A stretch of 63,814 bases of DNA, filler included, from Octopus bimaculoides (Eukaryota): the NCBI RefSeq assembly GCF_001194135.2. It is 4 parts of 4 records of this genome, joined end to end, with 100 filler letters (N's around TTAATTAATTAA, not from the genome) between each part and the next. Parts side by side here need not be neighbours in the genome. Positions count along the whole stretch, not along the records: positions 34,620 to 61,276 come from NC_068988.1; positions 61,377 to 63,814 come from NW_026413290.1; 2 more parts are not named here. One strand, 5' to 3'. The notes beneath the pieces are model-generated. The model searched no databases. It saw only the letters and a program-made list of their open reading frames with translations, and was not told the DNA's origin. This document shows positions 53,010-63,814 of the stretch, in pieces. The stretch's first letter is position 1, and each line of letters starts with the position of its first letter. The translations under genes were made by a program, and so were the position numbers.

Positions 53010-53350
53010 CTTTTATTCTTTTACTTGTTTCAGTCATTTGACTGCGGCCATGCTGGAGCACCACCTTAAAATGTTTTTGTCAAACAAATCCACCCCAGGT
53101 CTTATTTTTAAGCCTAGTACTTATTCTAGTGGTCTCTTTGACAAACTGCTAAGTTACAGGGATGTAAACACATCAACACCAGTTGTCAAGCAATGATGGG
53201 GGGACACATATATATACACACACACACACACAACAGGCTTCTTTCAGTTTCCATCCTCCAAATCCACTCACAAGGCTTTGGTTGGCCCTAGGCTATAGTA
53301 GAAGACACTTGCTCAAAATGCCACACAATGGGACTGAACCCAGAACCATG
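53010..53350 (-). mobile_element. SINE family 1 copy ending in a fold-back
   Basis: Family consensus; inverted duplicate at 53358-53379. Confidence 0.85.
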
Positions 53351-54788
53351 TAGTTCGGGGTTCAGTCCCATTGTGTGGCTCTTTGGGCTGAAACATATAT
53401 ATATATAGATAGATAGATAGATAGATAGATAGGCAGGTATGTATGTAAAACACACGCTCATATTTTAAAGTATAAGTATATTGCATTGTAGCAACCAGTT
53501 ATTAGTATTGCTATACCTAAGCAAATCATAAAATACTTAGATATGCAGAGAATAATTATGAATTCATAAAAATACACAAGTATGGAAATTTTATATATTT
53601 ATTCATTTATGTCTCTGTTTTTCCTAACAGTGTGTAACTAGATGTATATGTCCTTGCATGTGTGCATGATTATGTTTGCGTGTGTTTATTTGCCTGTGTA
53701 GTTGCATATGTGTGTGTGTATACTTGATTATATATTTATGACCAGCTGTATAACCATCATTGTCATCATCATCACAATTATACAACCTGCTTTCCATGCT
53801 GGTGTGGAGTGGATGGGCATCACAGACCAATTCAGATCTTATCGAGGTCAGAGAACTGCATATCTTGCTTGTCTGCTTTATTTTGGCGTGGCTTCTATGT
53901 CTGGATGACTTTGTAACACCAACGATTTCACAGAGTCTGCTGGAGGTGCATTTTATTACAGCACCACCATGAGAGGTGTTGCCTTGTCCGCTGCAAAGCC
54001 AAAGAGACCTCACTACTCTGCTTAACCTCTGTTCTCTCAAGACACATGCATGTATATACACACACACACATTTTATGGCACAAGCATATATTTGACAATC
54101 GTAGAGAAACACACACTCTCACAGCTACATGCATTCATGCTAGTAAATATTCAGAGACATAACATAGCCATTAATTACTTGTTACTGATTAACCAAGTTG
54201 TCAATGACAAGGGTCTTTTTTTTTCTTTTTCTTTTTTCCTTAATGGCTAGGTAAATAAATAATGTACAAGCAAACATTTTGCAAGTGTAATAATTCAAAC
54301 CCAATCATATTTTCTGACATTTATCCTTGTTTTACTTCAAAAGCTAACAACCACCACCACCACCACCCCTCTTCTCTCTCTATCTCTCTCTATCTCTCTC
54401 TCAGCTGTTGTTTTCACTATTGGTGCTGCTGCAGTTTGTCTGTTTGTTGTTGTTTCACCTAAGTATATTATATTTGCATTATTTACTAAGTCAGTCAGTC
54501 AGCTTTCCAAATGTCGACAACTTATTGTTGCAAGCTTGTGTTCAGGCATTGATGTCATCAGAAATAACAACACAACAAAAATGGGAAACAGACTTTGGGG
54601 TGCGGAGGTTGCCGTGACACAATAAAATGTGTTGTGGTGGTGGTGGTGGTGGTGGTAATGGTTGTATGATATTATCAATTCTTGTTCCGGTTGCTGTTAG
54701 CAAAGTGTGGGTGATGGTAGGGAGGTCTCTGCACTGTATTCATTATTCATCCTTTTTCCATCCACTTTGAAAAGTTATACACATATAC

Positions 54789-54821
<33 letters not shown>

Positions 54822-55904
54822 ATGATAGTATTCAATTATTTCAGCCTATTAATGGACTGTTGTTACATTTTTGTTTTTTATTTTTTCATTAAATGACAAC
54901 TATTATATATATATATATGTGTGTGTGTGTGTTTGTGTGTACACACACACACACACATAGATATTGGAGGGTATTTGTATGTAGGTTTGTGTATATATAA
55001 TATATATATACATCATATATAATTTATATATTTACGTGGGTGTATATGTTTGAACGTTTGTGGGGGTCAGCCTTTGACTTTTTCTGTCCAGAGTGCTTTT
55101 ACAAATATGCAAATAAAAATTGAGACAAATGGAAATATTGTTGTGGTGAGGTTGAAAAAAAAGATATTCAATTTTTATTTAATATCGTTATTATCATTAT
55201 CATGAATATCGTTATGATTAATATCATTGTCATTTAAGGTAAAATTTGTTTTTCATTCTTCAAGTGCCGATAAAATAATGTACCAGGGAAATACTGTGGT
55301 CCTCTCCTCTGGTGGTGATAGTGAAAGAAATTGTATAGTAGATGAGATTGAAAGATTATGATGACAAGGTTACTTTTTTGGTAGGGCTCTTGTCAATTAT
55401 CATCATCATTTAGCATTTGTTTCCCAACTTGGCATGGAACTGGTAAGCTGAAGAACTATACCAGGCTCCAATTTCATCTGGCAAAGTTTCTACAGCTGGA
55501 TGACCTTCCTAATGCCAACCACTCTGAGAGTTTAGTGGGTGCCTTCTATGTGTCACTGGCTCGGGCACTTTTACATATCACTGGTACGCATGCTTTTGCA
55601 TATCACCTGCACAGGTGCTTTTACGTGTCACCTGAATGGAAGCGGTTACGTGTCACCAGCACTAGCTGTAACTTTGATTTCACTTGGTTTGACAAGTCTT
55701 CTCAAGCACATCGAAGCATCACATTTGTGATATTTGTTCTGGATCTTTATAATCCAAGTTCAAATCTTTCCAAGATCAGCTTTGACTTTCATCCATTTTG
55801 AATTGGTAAAATAAAGAAGTACCTCACAAATAATGGAGTCCATTTAATCAACTTATTCCTTCCTCCAAATTTCAGGCCTAATGCTTATATTACAAACTAT
55901 TATT

Positions 55905-56122
55905 ATTCTTTTCTAATCTAGGCACAAGGCCCAAAATTTCGGAGGAGGGGGCCAGTCAATTAGACCGACCCCAGTACGCAAATGGTACTTAATTTATTGA
56001 CCCCGAAAAGATGAAAGGCAAAGTCAACCTCACCGGAATTTGAACTCAGAACGTTCAAACAGACGAAATATCACTAAGCATCTCACCCGGCATGCTAACA
56101 TTTCTGCCAGCTCGCCGCCTTA
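55905..56122 (-). mobile_element. SINE family 2 copy
   Basis: Near-consensus copy, CpG largely intact. Confidence 0.85.
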
Positions 56123-56537
56123 CAAACTGTTACCATTATGTTATCAACAGTTTTATGCAAGCTTCTACTGCACCTTCTTATTCCTGAGGCATGCAGTTTC
56201 ATCTTTTAAGCGTTGTTGAATTGTATCAGTTGATTGCATTTGTTTTGTGTTTGTTGTGATATTTGTTTTGTTGCCAGCGTTTTAGTGTTTGTAGAATGCG
56301 CATTTTGCTGTTACGTTGGGTGATAGGTGTGTCGACCAATGTGTCCCTGAGTGAATTTTGTGAAAAAACACTTGTTTCTGTGAGATAAGATGTCAGTTGA
56401 TAAAATTTAATTATTTATTTATATATAAAAGAAAAGTCATCTTCAAAACAATACATGATTGTTTTATATATACATATGCACACACATAAGTATAAATTAC
56501 TTCAGTGAAGTTTTATTTATATATATATATATATAAT

Positions 56538-56860
56538 CATCATCATCATTGTTTAATGTCCGCTTTCCATGCTAGCATGGGTTGGACGATTTGACTGAGG
56601 ACTGGTGAACCAGATGGCTACACCAGGCTCCAATTTGATTTGGCAGAGTTTCTACAGGTGGATGCCCTTCCTAACACCAACCACTCCGAGAGTATAGTGG
56701 GTGCTTTTACGTGCCACTGGCACGAAGGCCAGTCAGGCGGTACTGGCAACGGCCACGCTCGAAATGGTGTATTTTACGTGCCACCTGCACAGGAGCCAGT
56801 CCAGCGGCACTGGCAACGATCTCGCTTGAATGTCTTTACACGTGCCACTGGCACAAGTGC
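56538..56860 (-). mobile_element. SINE-like family 3 copy
   Basis: (CAT)n tail plus reverse complement of the family core. Confidence 0.8.
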
Positions 56861-57509
56861 CAGGAAGGGATTAAGTCGATTACATCAACCCTAGTGTTTA
56901 ACTGGTACTTATTTAATCGACCCTGAAAAGATGAAAGGCAAAATCAACCTCTGCAGAATTTGAACTCAGAACGTAACGGCAGACAAAATACTGCTAAGCA
57001 TTTAGCTCTGCCAGCTCACCACCCTAAGCTTTTATCATATTGGGAGGTAATTACATAAAATATATACTGTGAAAGTTGTGTATTGCTCATTCGAGTAATA
57101 CATAACTTTCTTTTATTCTAGATTGTGCATTATGCCTCATAGGTTTGTTTTCTGAATTGTGTTAAGTACTGAGACCTATTATGTTTTTGTACATGCTTTT
57201 TTTTCTTTTCATTAATAGAGCAAATGCTCTATTTCTTATTGTAGTGGAATTGTGTCAATGATCATTCACCCAAGTGTTAATAAATTAAAATAAACCAGAA
57301 GTAAACTTAACAGTTTTTGTCTGTAAAAACCTAACCTTTCTGTTTCTATGATACAAACGTCCTGTTTAGAAATTTGACTTATGTCCCAAATACCAGCCTA
57401 ATGAATGACAGATTATCCTTTTGTGAAAGGATAATCTGTCATTGCCATTTACTAAATCCTTCATTATTTTCGGAATTAATTAATTGAAACAAAGTCAGTA
57501 ACAGATATA

Positions 57510-58470
57510 TGGTTTTCTACTCTAGGCACAAGGCCCGAAATTTTGGGAGGGGGGGGCAGTCGATTTGATCGACCCCAGTACGCAACTGGGACTTAATTTA
57601 TTGACCCCGAAAGGATGAAAGGCAAAATCGACCTCAGCGGAATTTGAACTCAGGACGCAAAGACAGATGAAATACCACTAAGCATTTCGCCCAGCGTGCT
57701 AATTTCTTTACTGTCCACAAGGGACTACACAGATGGGACAGACAAACAGATTAAGTCGATTATATCGACCCCAGTGCGTAACTGGTACTTATTTAATCGA
57801 CCCCAAAAGGATGAAAGGTAAAATCGACCTCGGCGGAATTTGAACTCAGAACATAGCGGTAGACGAAATACCACTAAGCATTTCACCCGGCATGCTAACG
57901 TTTCTGCCAGCTCACCACCTTAGATATATTGTTAACAAAAGGGTTAAATGGCAAAAATGTCTCTTCCATTTTACAATTGCTTCAGTTTCAATGCAGAATC
58001 TCAGATCAAACCTCTTACCTGACAACTTTTTAATGGGGGTGAGATAACCAAAAAGTACAGCTCTATTTCTGTTTCACTGGTACTTATTTCATCGACCCTG
58101 AAGAGATGAAAGGCAAATTTCTGCTGAGGTCAGCTTTGTCTTTCATCCTTTTGGGGGCCGATAAAATAAGTACCAGTTGAACACTGGGGTTGATGTAATC
58201 GACTTACCCCCTCCCCTGAAATTACTAATTTTCTGCCAAAATTTGAAATTATTGAGGTAGTGGGCTGGTAGAATCATCAGTATGCTGGGGAAAATGCTGA
58301 GCGACATTTCATCTGTCTTCATTTCTGAGTCCAAATTCCGCTGAGACTGACTTTACCTTTCATCCTTTCAGGATCGATAAATTAAGTACCTGTTGAACAA
58401 TTATGGGGTCGATGTAATCGACTTATACCCTCCTCCGGAATTGCTGCCCTTGTACCAAAATTTTTAATTA
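57510..58470. mobile_element. SINE family 2 cluster: two minus copies (57510-57920) and two plus copies (58120-58470)
   Basis: The same core appears in opposite orientations. Confidence 0.85.
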
Positions 58471-58675
58471 TTGTAGATAACATTTTTTCTCCCTTACCTT
58501 TTCTCTTATTCCTATCTCAAGCTCCTTCTTGTTTGATAGCATTTTGACTGTATCTTTCTTCATCATAAGCAACAACTTCTGTAATATTAGTTGTAATGAC
58601 CATTTCGTCTTTTACTCAGGCAGAATATCTAGGACTACTAATGTACCCTTACTTCTAGTTTTTTTTTTTTTTTTC

Positions 58676-58768
58676 ACGGAGGTAAATAATACGCACACCA
58701 CCCGTTTTCGGCGTAACCCAAAATCCTAACCATAGACACCGGGTGTGCGTATTCTTTACCTTCGCCGT
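58676..58768. repeat. Short hairpin element between poly-T runs
   Basis: GGAGGTAAATAATACGCACACC pairs with GGTGTGCGTATTCTTTACCTTC; loop contains TAACCC/CCTAACC. Confidence 0.75.
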
Positions 58769-60951
58769 TTTTTTTTTTGTTTTTTTTTTTCAAAGACAAT
58801 AGGATGTGATTTGACTTTTATTTCAGCCTAGTCGAACGACTACATAAGACCTTCCAATACATTGTAAAACCAGAATTACACTATCCTACGTAATATTTTA
58901 AGACATTAATAAATGATTTAAGGAAAATTTAGTTGCTATTTCTAGCAAGTTCAACAACGTCGACGCGCTCTCGTTTCTTTACATATTGTATTCTTCATCA
59001 ATGGAGGACAAGGGAAGCAACTCGTAATTAATCACAAATCTGTGTCGTCCCTTTAATCTATGTTTTCTTTTCTTTTATTGAAACTTGTAATTTTAGTGGG
59101 GAGTGAACGTTATACGAAATTTCCTCGATTAATTGAGGAGCATTGTGTGGGATTATGTAAGGAAACGTTAGTAGTTGTCGTGAGAGGGGAGACACTTAGG
59201 TTTCTCAGTTCAAAACTCGACTCTGAGTGACTTCGCCTTTTCACCTTTTACTTGTTTCAGTTATGGCTGAGGCCACCACCTTGAAGGGTTTTAGTCGAAC
59301 AGATCGACCCTTTATTTTTTTTAAGCCTAGTATTCTGTTTCTTTTTCAGAACCTCTGAAATACGGGGACGTCACCACTTGTCAGGTGGGGAGGGGACGCA
59401 CACACTCACGTGCCGCAACCATGCATACACACACACATGTGTATTTATGACAAGTTTCTTATAGTTTCCGTCTACCAAATCCACTCAAGGATTTGGTTGG
59501 CCTGTGGCTATAGTAGAAGATACTTGCCAAAGGTGCCATGCAGTGGGACTGAGCTGGGAACCATGCAGTTGAGAAGCCAACTTCTTACCAAACAGCCATG
59601 CTTGCACCTATTTATTAAAATGTAATCAACTAACCACTCCCCCTAAAAATGTTGATTTTGTGCCAAAATTTGTAACAATTATTATTATTATTGTTATTAG
59701 TATTATTAAAGGCAGCAAGCTGGCAGATTCATTAACACGCTGGGCAAAATGCTTAGCGGTATTTCATCTACCGCTACGTTCTGAGTTCAAATTCCACTGA
59801 GGCTGATGGAATCAACTAGTCCTCTCCCCCAAAATTTCAGGCCTTGTGCTTTTAATTGAAAAGATTATTATTATTACTAGCCTTGAAGTAGTCCTTTGAG
59901 CAGCATTCAGGCTAGATCCTGCGGAGGGCATCTTTGAGGCCTCTGGGATCCATTTTCTGTTTCTTTTTTTTTTTTATTCTCACAATGAAAGTTTGCAACA
60001 CTTTCATGGAGTTATATGTGCTTCCAAACTCATTGTAGTAATTAATTCATTTCATAGTTTGAACCTCCATTCGTTCTAAGCAAGTGAAATGTATGACTAT
60101 CACAGCTATCATAATTTTTCCATCACTTCATCATTTCCGAAAAAATATTAAAATGAGATTGAGATAAAATGAATAGGGTCCATTTCATCTCAATCTCATT
60201 CTATCTTCTATTACAAATCTTTAGGCAGATATTGTAACCAGAACAGGAAAATTAGTCTTCCGCCTAGACATAAGTTTCATAAGCTACAAAATATAAATAT
60301 CCACACTACCACACTTGAAACATACCTGTTATAACTCTTTATCTTGATTTGAATGTACGTGAAGGTATTCTGAATGCCCAAACTTATTTCGGCAAATGTG
60401 CTAAGCACTGATGTTGATCATAGTTTAATCAATAAGTGTAGAAGCGAGGGAAATGCAGTAAAAAAATGGGGGTCACTGGGGCCCCATTTAAGTACCCACC
60501 TTTCCTCTATTCACTCCTACCACCTTCTCTCTTCATTGATACCCCCTCCATCCACACCCCAACCACACCACCCCACACTCTGCACACACTAGCACTGACC
60601 ACTTCCCAGCACCCACATCATCATCCATACACCCACACATTACAGACGCACACATCCACACATCAAAGTCACCAGCCCCTATCCACATGCATCTTCATTT
60701 TGGGATCACCAGTACTTTATTATCTCCCCTTCTTCCTAGCTCTCCTGTCTAACCACCTTTGTCCAACCAGTTGGTATGATTGACTGCTAACTCCACAAGC
60801 CTTTTTTTAATCCGCTCTCTGTTTATTTCCTCATGTTCCTTTCTGTTGAAGAGCATAAGCTCAAAACATAAAAGACTTTCTCACCTTCCCGAATGTCAAA
60901 CTAATACACCTGCTTGTTGTTCATTTTTCTGTAAATTTCAACTATATATAT

Positions 60952-61276
60952 ATGTGAGAGCTGTGCGAGCCATGTACAGAGATGCTGCCAGTAAGGTGAG
61001 GGTTGGAAATGAGTACAGCAATGAATTCCGGGTAGAGGTAGGGGTCCACCAAGGTTCCGTCCTCAGCCCCCTCTTATTTACCATAGTCCTCCAGGCAATC
61101 ACAGAGGAGTTCAAGACAGGTTGCCCCTGGGAGCTCCTCTATGCTGATGACCTTGCCCTAATTGCGGAGTCACTATCAGAACTAGAGGAGAAGTTTCAGG
61201 TGTGGAAGCAAGGTCTAGAATTGAAGGGCCTTAGAGTCAACCTAGCTAAAACCAAAATCCTAATAAGTAGGAAGGT
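60952..61276 (+). mobile_element. RTE-clade reverse transcriptase fragment
   Basis: GVHQGSVLSPLLF..LLYADDLAL..GLRVNLAKTK; runs into an artificial join. Confidence 0.93.
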
Positions 61277-61376
61277 NNNNNNNNNNNNNNNNNNNNNNNN
61301 NNNNNNNNNNNNNNNNNNNNTTAATTAATTAANNNNNNNNNNNNNNNNNNNNNNNNNNNNNNNNNNNNNNNNNNNN
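61277..61376. other. Artificial contig join (44N-TTAATTAATTAA-44N)
   Basis: Identical 100-nt structure occurs three times. Confidence 0.95.
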
Positions 61377-61539
61377 ATATATATATATATATATCTGTGT
61401 GTGTGTGTGTGTGAGTGTGTGTGATGAACTCTCCCGTCGAAGACGACTCTTGCGAGTTCAGCTTTTACTGAACGACCTGCACAACTGATGCGATTTTAGT
61501 GATCAAATGATCGTGTCACACATTAGCTCACTCTCTCCA

Positions 61540-61720
61540 TTTATTCGACATTAACCCAACAGGTGAACTGTGCAGCAGGCGTCAGGTGTCGAAGTGATCG
61601 CAGAACAACGTGAGGTGAAGTGTTTTGCTCAAGAACACAACCCACCGCCTGGTCGAGGAACTGAAACCACGATCTCGCGATCGTGAGTTCAACACCCTAA
61701 CCACTAGGTCATGCGCCCTT
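61540..61720 (-). mobile_element. tRNA-derived SINE, family 4
   Basis: Reverse strand shows a TAGTGGTTAGGGTGTTG A-box, a GGTTTCAGTTCC B-box-like motif and GTGTTCTTGAGCAAAACACTT. Confidence 0.6.
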
Positions 61721-62074
61721 CATGTATGTATGTGTGCGCGTGTGCGTATGTGTGTGTGTATATATAGGTATATGTATACATTTATGTGTAAATAGATCAT
61801 TAATAAACGGTGAAATCAAGACAACCCCCCCCAAAAAAAACTACAACGCGCGGACTTGGTACATGCAAAGTATTAATAAGACGCTCAGGGAAGGAAAGAA
61901 AGGGTGTTTTACGTTTCGAGCAAAGCTCTTCTTCAGAAACGGGTGACAGAGGAAAGTCCAAGTGAAAAGGAAGGCGGATGGGGAAAAATCGCCAACAATT
62001 CAAATTTTTGAATGACCGGAAGTAGATGGACAAAGGGAAAGTGCTTTCTAAGACAGGAGAGTGTAAAGAAAGGT

Positions 62075-62990
62075 TGGTATCTGTATGTGTGTGTGTGTGT
62101 GTGATAACGTAAATGTATATGGTAGCGTGTGTGTGTGACAGTAACTGAGTGTGTGTGTGTGGTAGTGGTATGTGTGTGTATGATACCGTGTGTGTATGTG
62201 TGGCAGTAACTGAGTGCGTATGTGTGTGTATGACAGTAACAGAGTGCGCGTGTGTGTATGCGTGTGGTGGTAACTATGTGTGTATGTGTGCGTGTGCAGT
62301 GTGTGTGTGGTATTGTTTATAAGTGTATGTGTGAGTGATCTTTGTGTCTGTAAATGTAGAAAGAGGTCAGCAGTTATGGTAACAGTTGTGTGTTTTTGCA
62401 CATGCGCGTAGATGGGATGGTCAGTAGTAGGGGTGTTTGAGAGGCAGTCTGAAGGGTGTGAGAATTGGTGGGTGTAGATGTGTGGGTACATGTGTGTGTG
62501 TTGGTATGTGTACGTAGACGGGGTGGGAATGTGTGTGGACATGTGTATGGGTGTGTGTGTATCTCACTCTCTTTGCCAGCCTGTCCGTCTCTCGCTCTCT
62601 CTCTCTCTCTCTCTGCACATGTATATGTGTGTGTTCGTGTAAGGATATGTGGGTATGTCCGTGTGAGTGAGTGTGGAGGTATATGTATGTGTGTGCCTGT
62701 GTGTGTGTTGTGCGTCTGTGTGTGCGTGTGAGCAGTGTGTGCGTATGTGTGCGTGCGTATGTGTATGTGTGTGTGTACAGGTATATGTGCATTCCTGTGT
62801 GTACGTGCGTGTGTGTTTGTGTGTGCGTGTATGTGCGTGTGTATATGTGTATGTATGTGTTTGTCGTGTGTGGTGTGTGTAGGAGGTATAAGTGCGTTGA
62901 TGTGTGTGTACGTGCGTGTATAAGCGCGTGTGTGTATGTGGGTGTGCGTGTATGTATGTGTGTGTATGTATGTGTGTGTGTGTGTATATA
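62075..62990. repeat. Long degenerate (TG)n-rich tract
   Basis: Directly visible; source of several spurious ORFs. Confidence 0.9.
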
Positions 62991-63329
62991 AAAATAAAAT
63001 AGATTAAAATAATAGATAAAAATGCAGTATAAAAATACAAAATAATAAATAAAAAGTAAAAAATAAAAGGTACAAAATAAAAAATAAGAAATAAAAATAT
63101 AAAAATAGGAAGTAATACAATGATAAAAAATGATAAAAATGAATATAAGGTGAAAGGAGATTAGAAATTGATAAAATAAAGGGATTAGGATAAACAAGTA
63201 CAACGGGGGAAAAAGACGATAAAAAAATTAATAATAAACGAGTAAAACCTGTAAAAATGTGAGTGAATGTAAGATAGGATAAAAAGTTATTTTCTAAGGA
63301 GGGTGTAGAGACAATCATTAAGAGGAGGG

Positions 63330-63814
63330 TGTTATGTTGAGTTCGTTGGAGTTTGTGTTTGTAGACGGAAAATGTAACGCTGTTCCAGGCGAAGTCGCAT
63401 ATTCATGGATCCATGATGTAGAGCACAGCCGAAGGCAGTGATATGTGATGTAGAGTGGTTGGCCAAGCGACGGGAGTGTTCGTACGTAGCCGAACATCTC
63501 GTAGATGTTTGGAAAACCGGTCTGCCAGTTTTGGAAAACTGGATCCAGTGAGGGAGGTGGTGTTAGTGATGAAAGGACAGGTGTGGCAATGGGATCTAGC
63601 GCAAGGGAAAGATTTGGGTTGGGTTGGGATGGAGGGAGAGAGGTGCTACGGATCAGTAGATCGCGTAGTTTACGGGCGCGTGGGTTGGGGAAAATAGGGC
63701 GGGTGATGGTATCTAGCTGGAGGCGACGGAAGGCCCGTAGCATCTTCTAACGAAGGGGTAGGGTTGAGGGGTGGAAAAGGAAGGGAAAGGGAAGCGGTTG
63801 GGGAATAGGTGCGG
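63330..63814 (-). mobile_element. Penelope-like element remnant (linker/GIY-YIG region, frameshifted)
   Basis: RPIFPNP..KLRDLLIRS then, in a shifted frame, CHTCPFITNTTSLTG; typical PLE linker CxxC. Confidence 0.7.

Overview
This is eukaryotic, AT-rich, microsatellite- and SINE-dense DNA from a draft assembly. It has many N gaps and three artificial 100-nt joins (44N-TTAATTAATTAA-44N). The repeat families match what I recall from Octopus genomes, so the species call is inference. The one confidently identifiable gene was missed by the ORF track. Six short minus-strand exons (33955 down to 24967) splice in frame into the C-terminal 179 aa of an integrin beta subunit (I-EGF repeats plus beta-tail). 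The last exon stops at E-C-E-A-*, exactly where the transmembrane helix should start, and I found no TM or NPxY tail in the visible sequence. The N-terminal half is also absent, cut off at an artificial join at 34520. Weaker signals include an unidentified + strand gene at about 15.8-20.4 kb, and divergent spliced transcripts with no readable CDS around a CpG-retaining promoter-like zone at 37.5-40.6 kb. Mobile elements include at least four SINE families, hAT, mariner and piggyBac-type MITEs, and RTE, Dong/R4 and Penelope remnants. Several fold-back hairpins and nested or inverted repeats are present. SINE CpG decay marks two probable methylated gene bodies (about 16-34.5 kb and 40.6-55.7 kb). 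Most ORF-track entries are microsatellite, gap or SINE artefacts.
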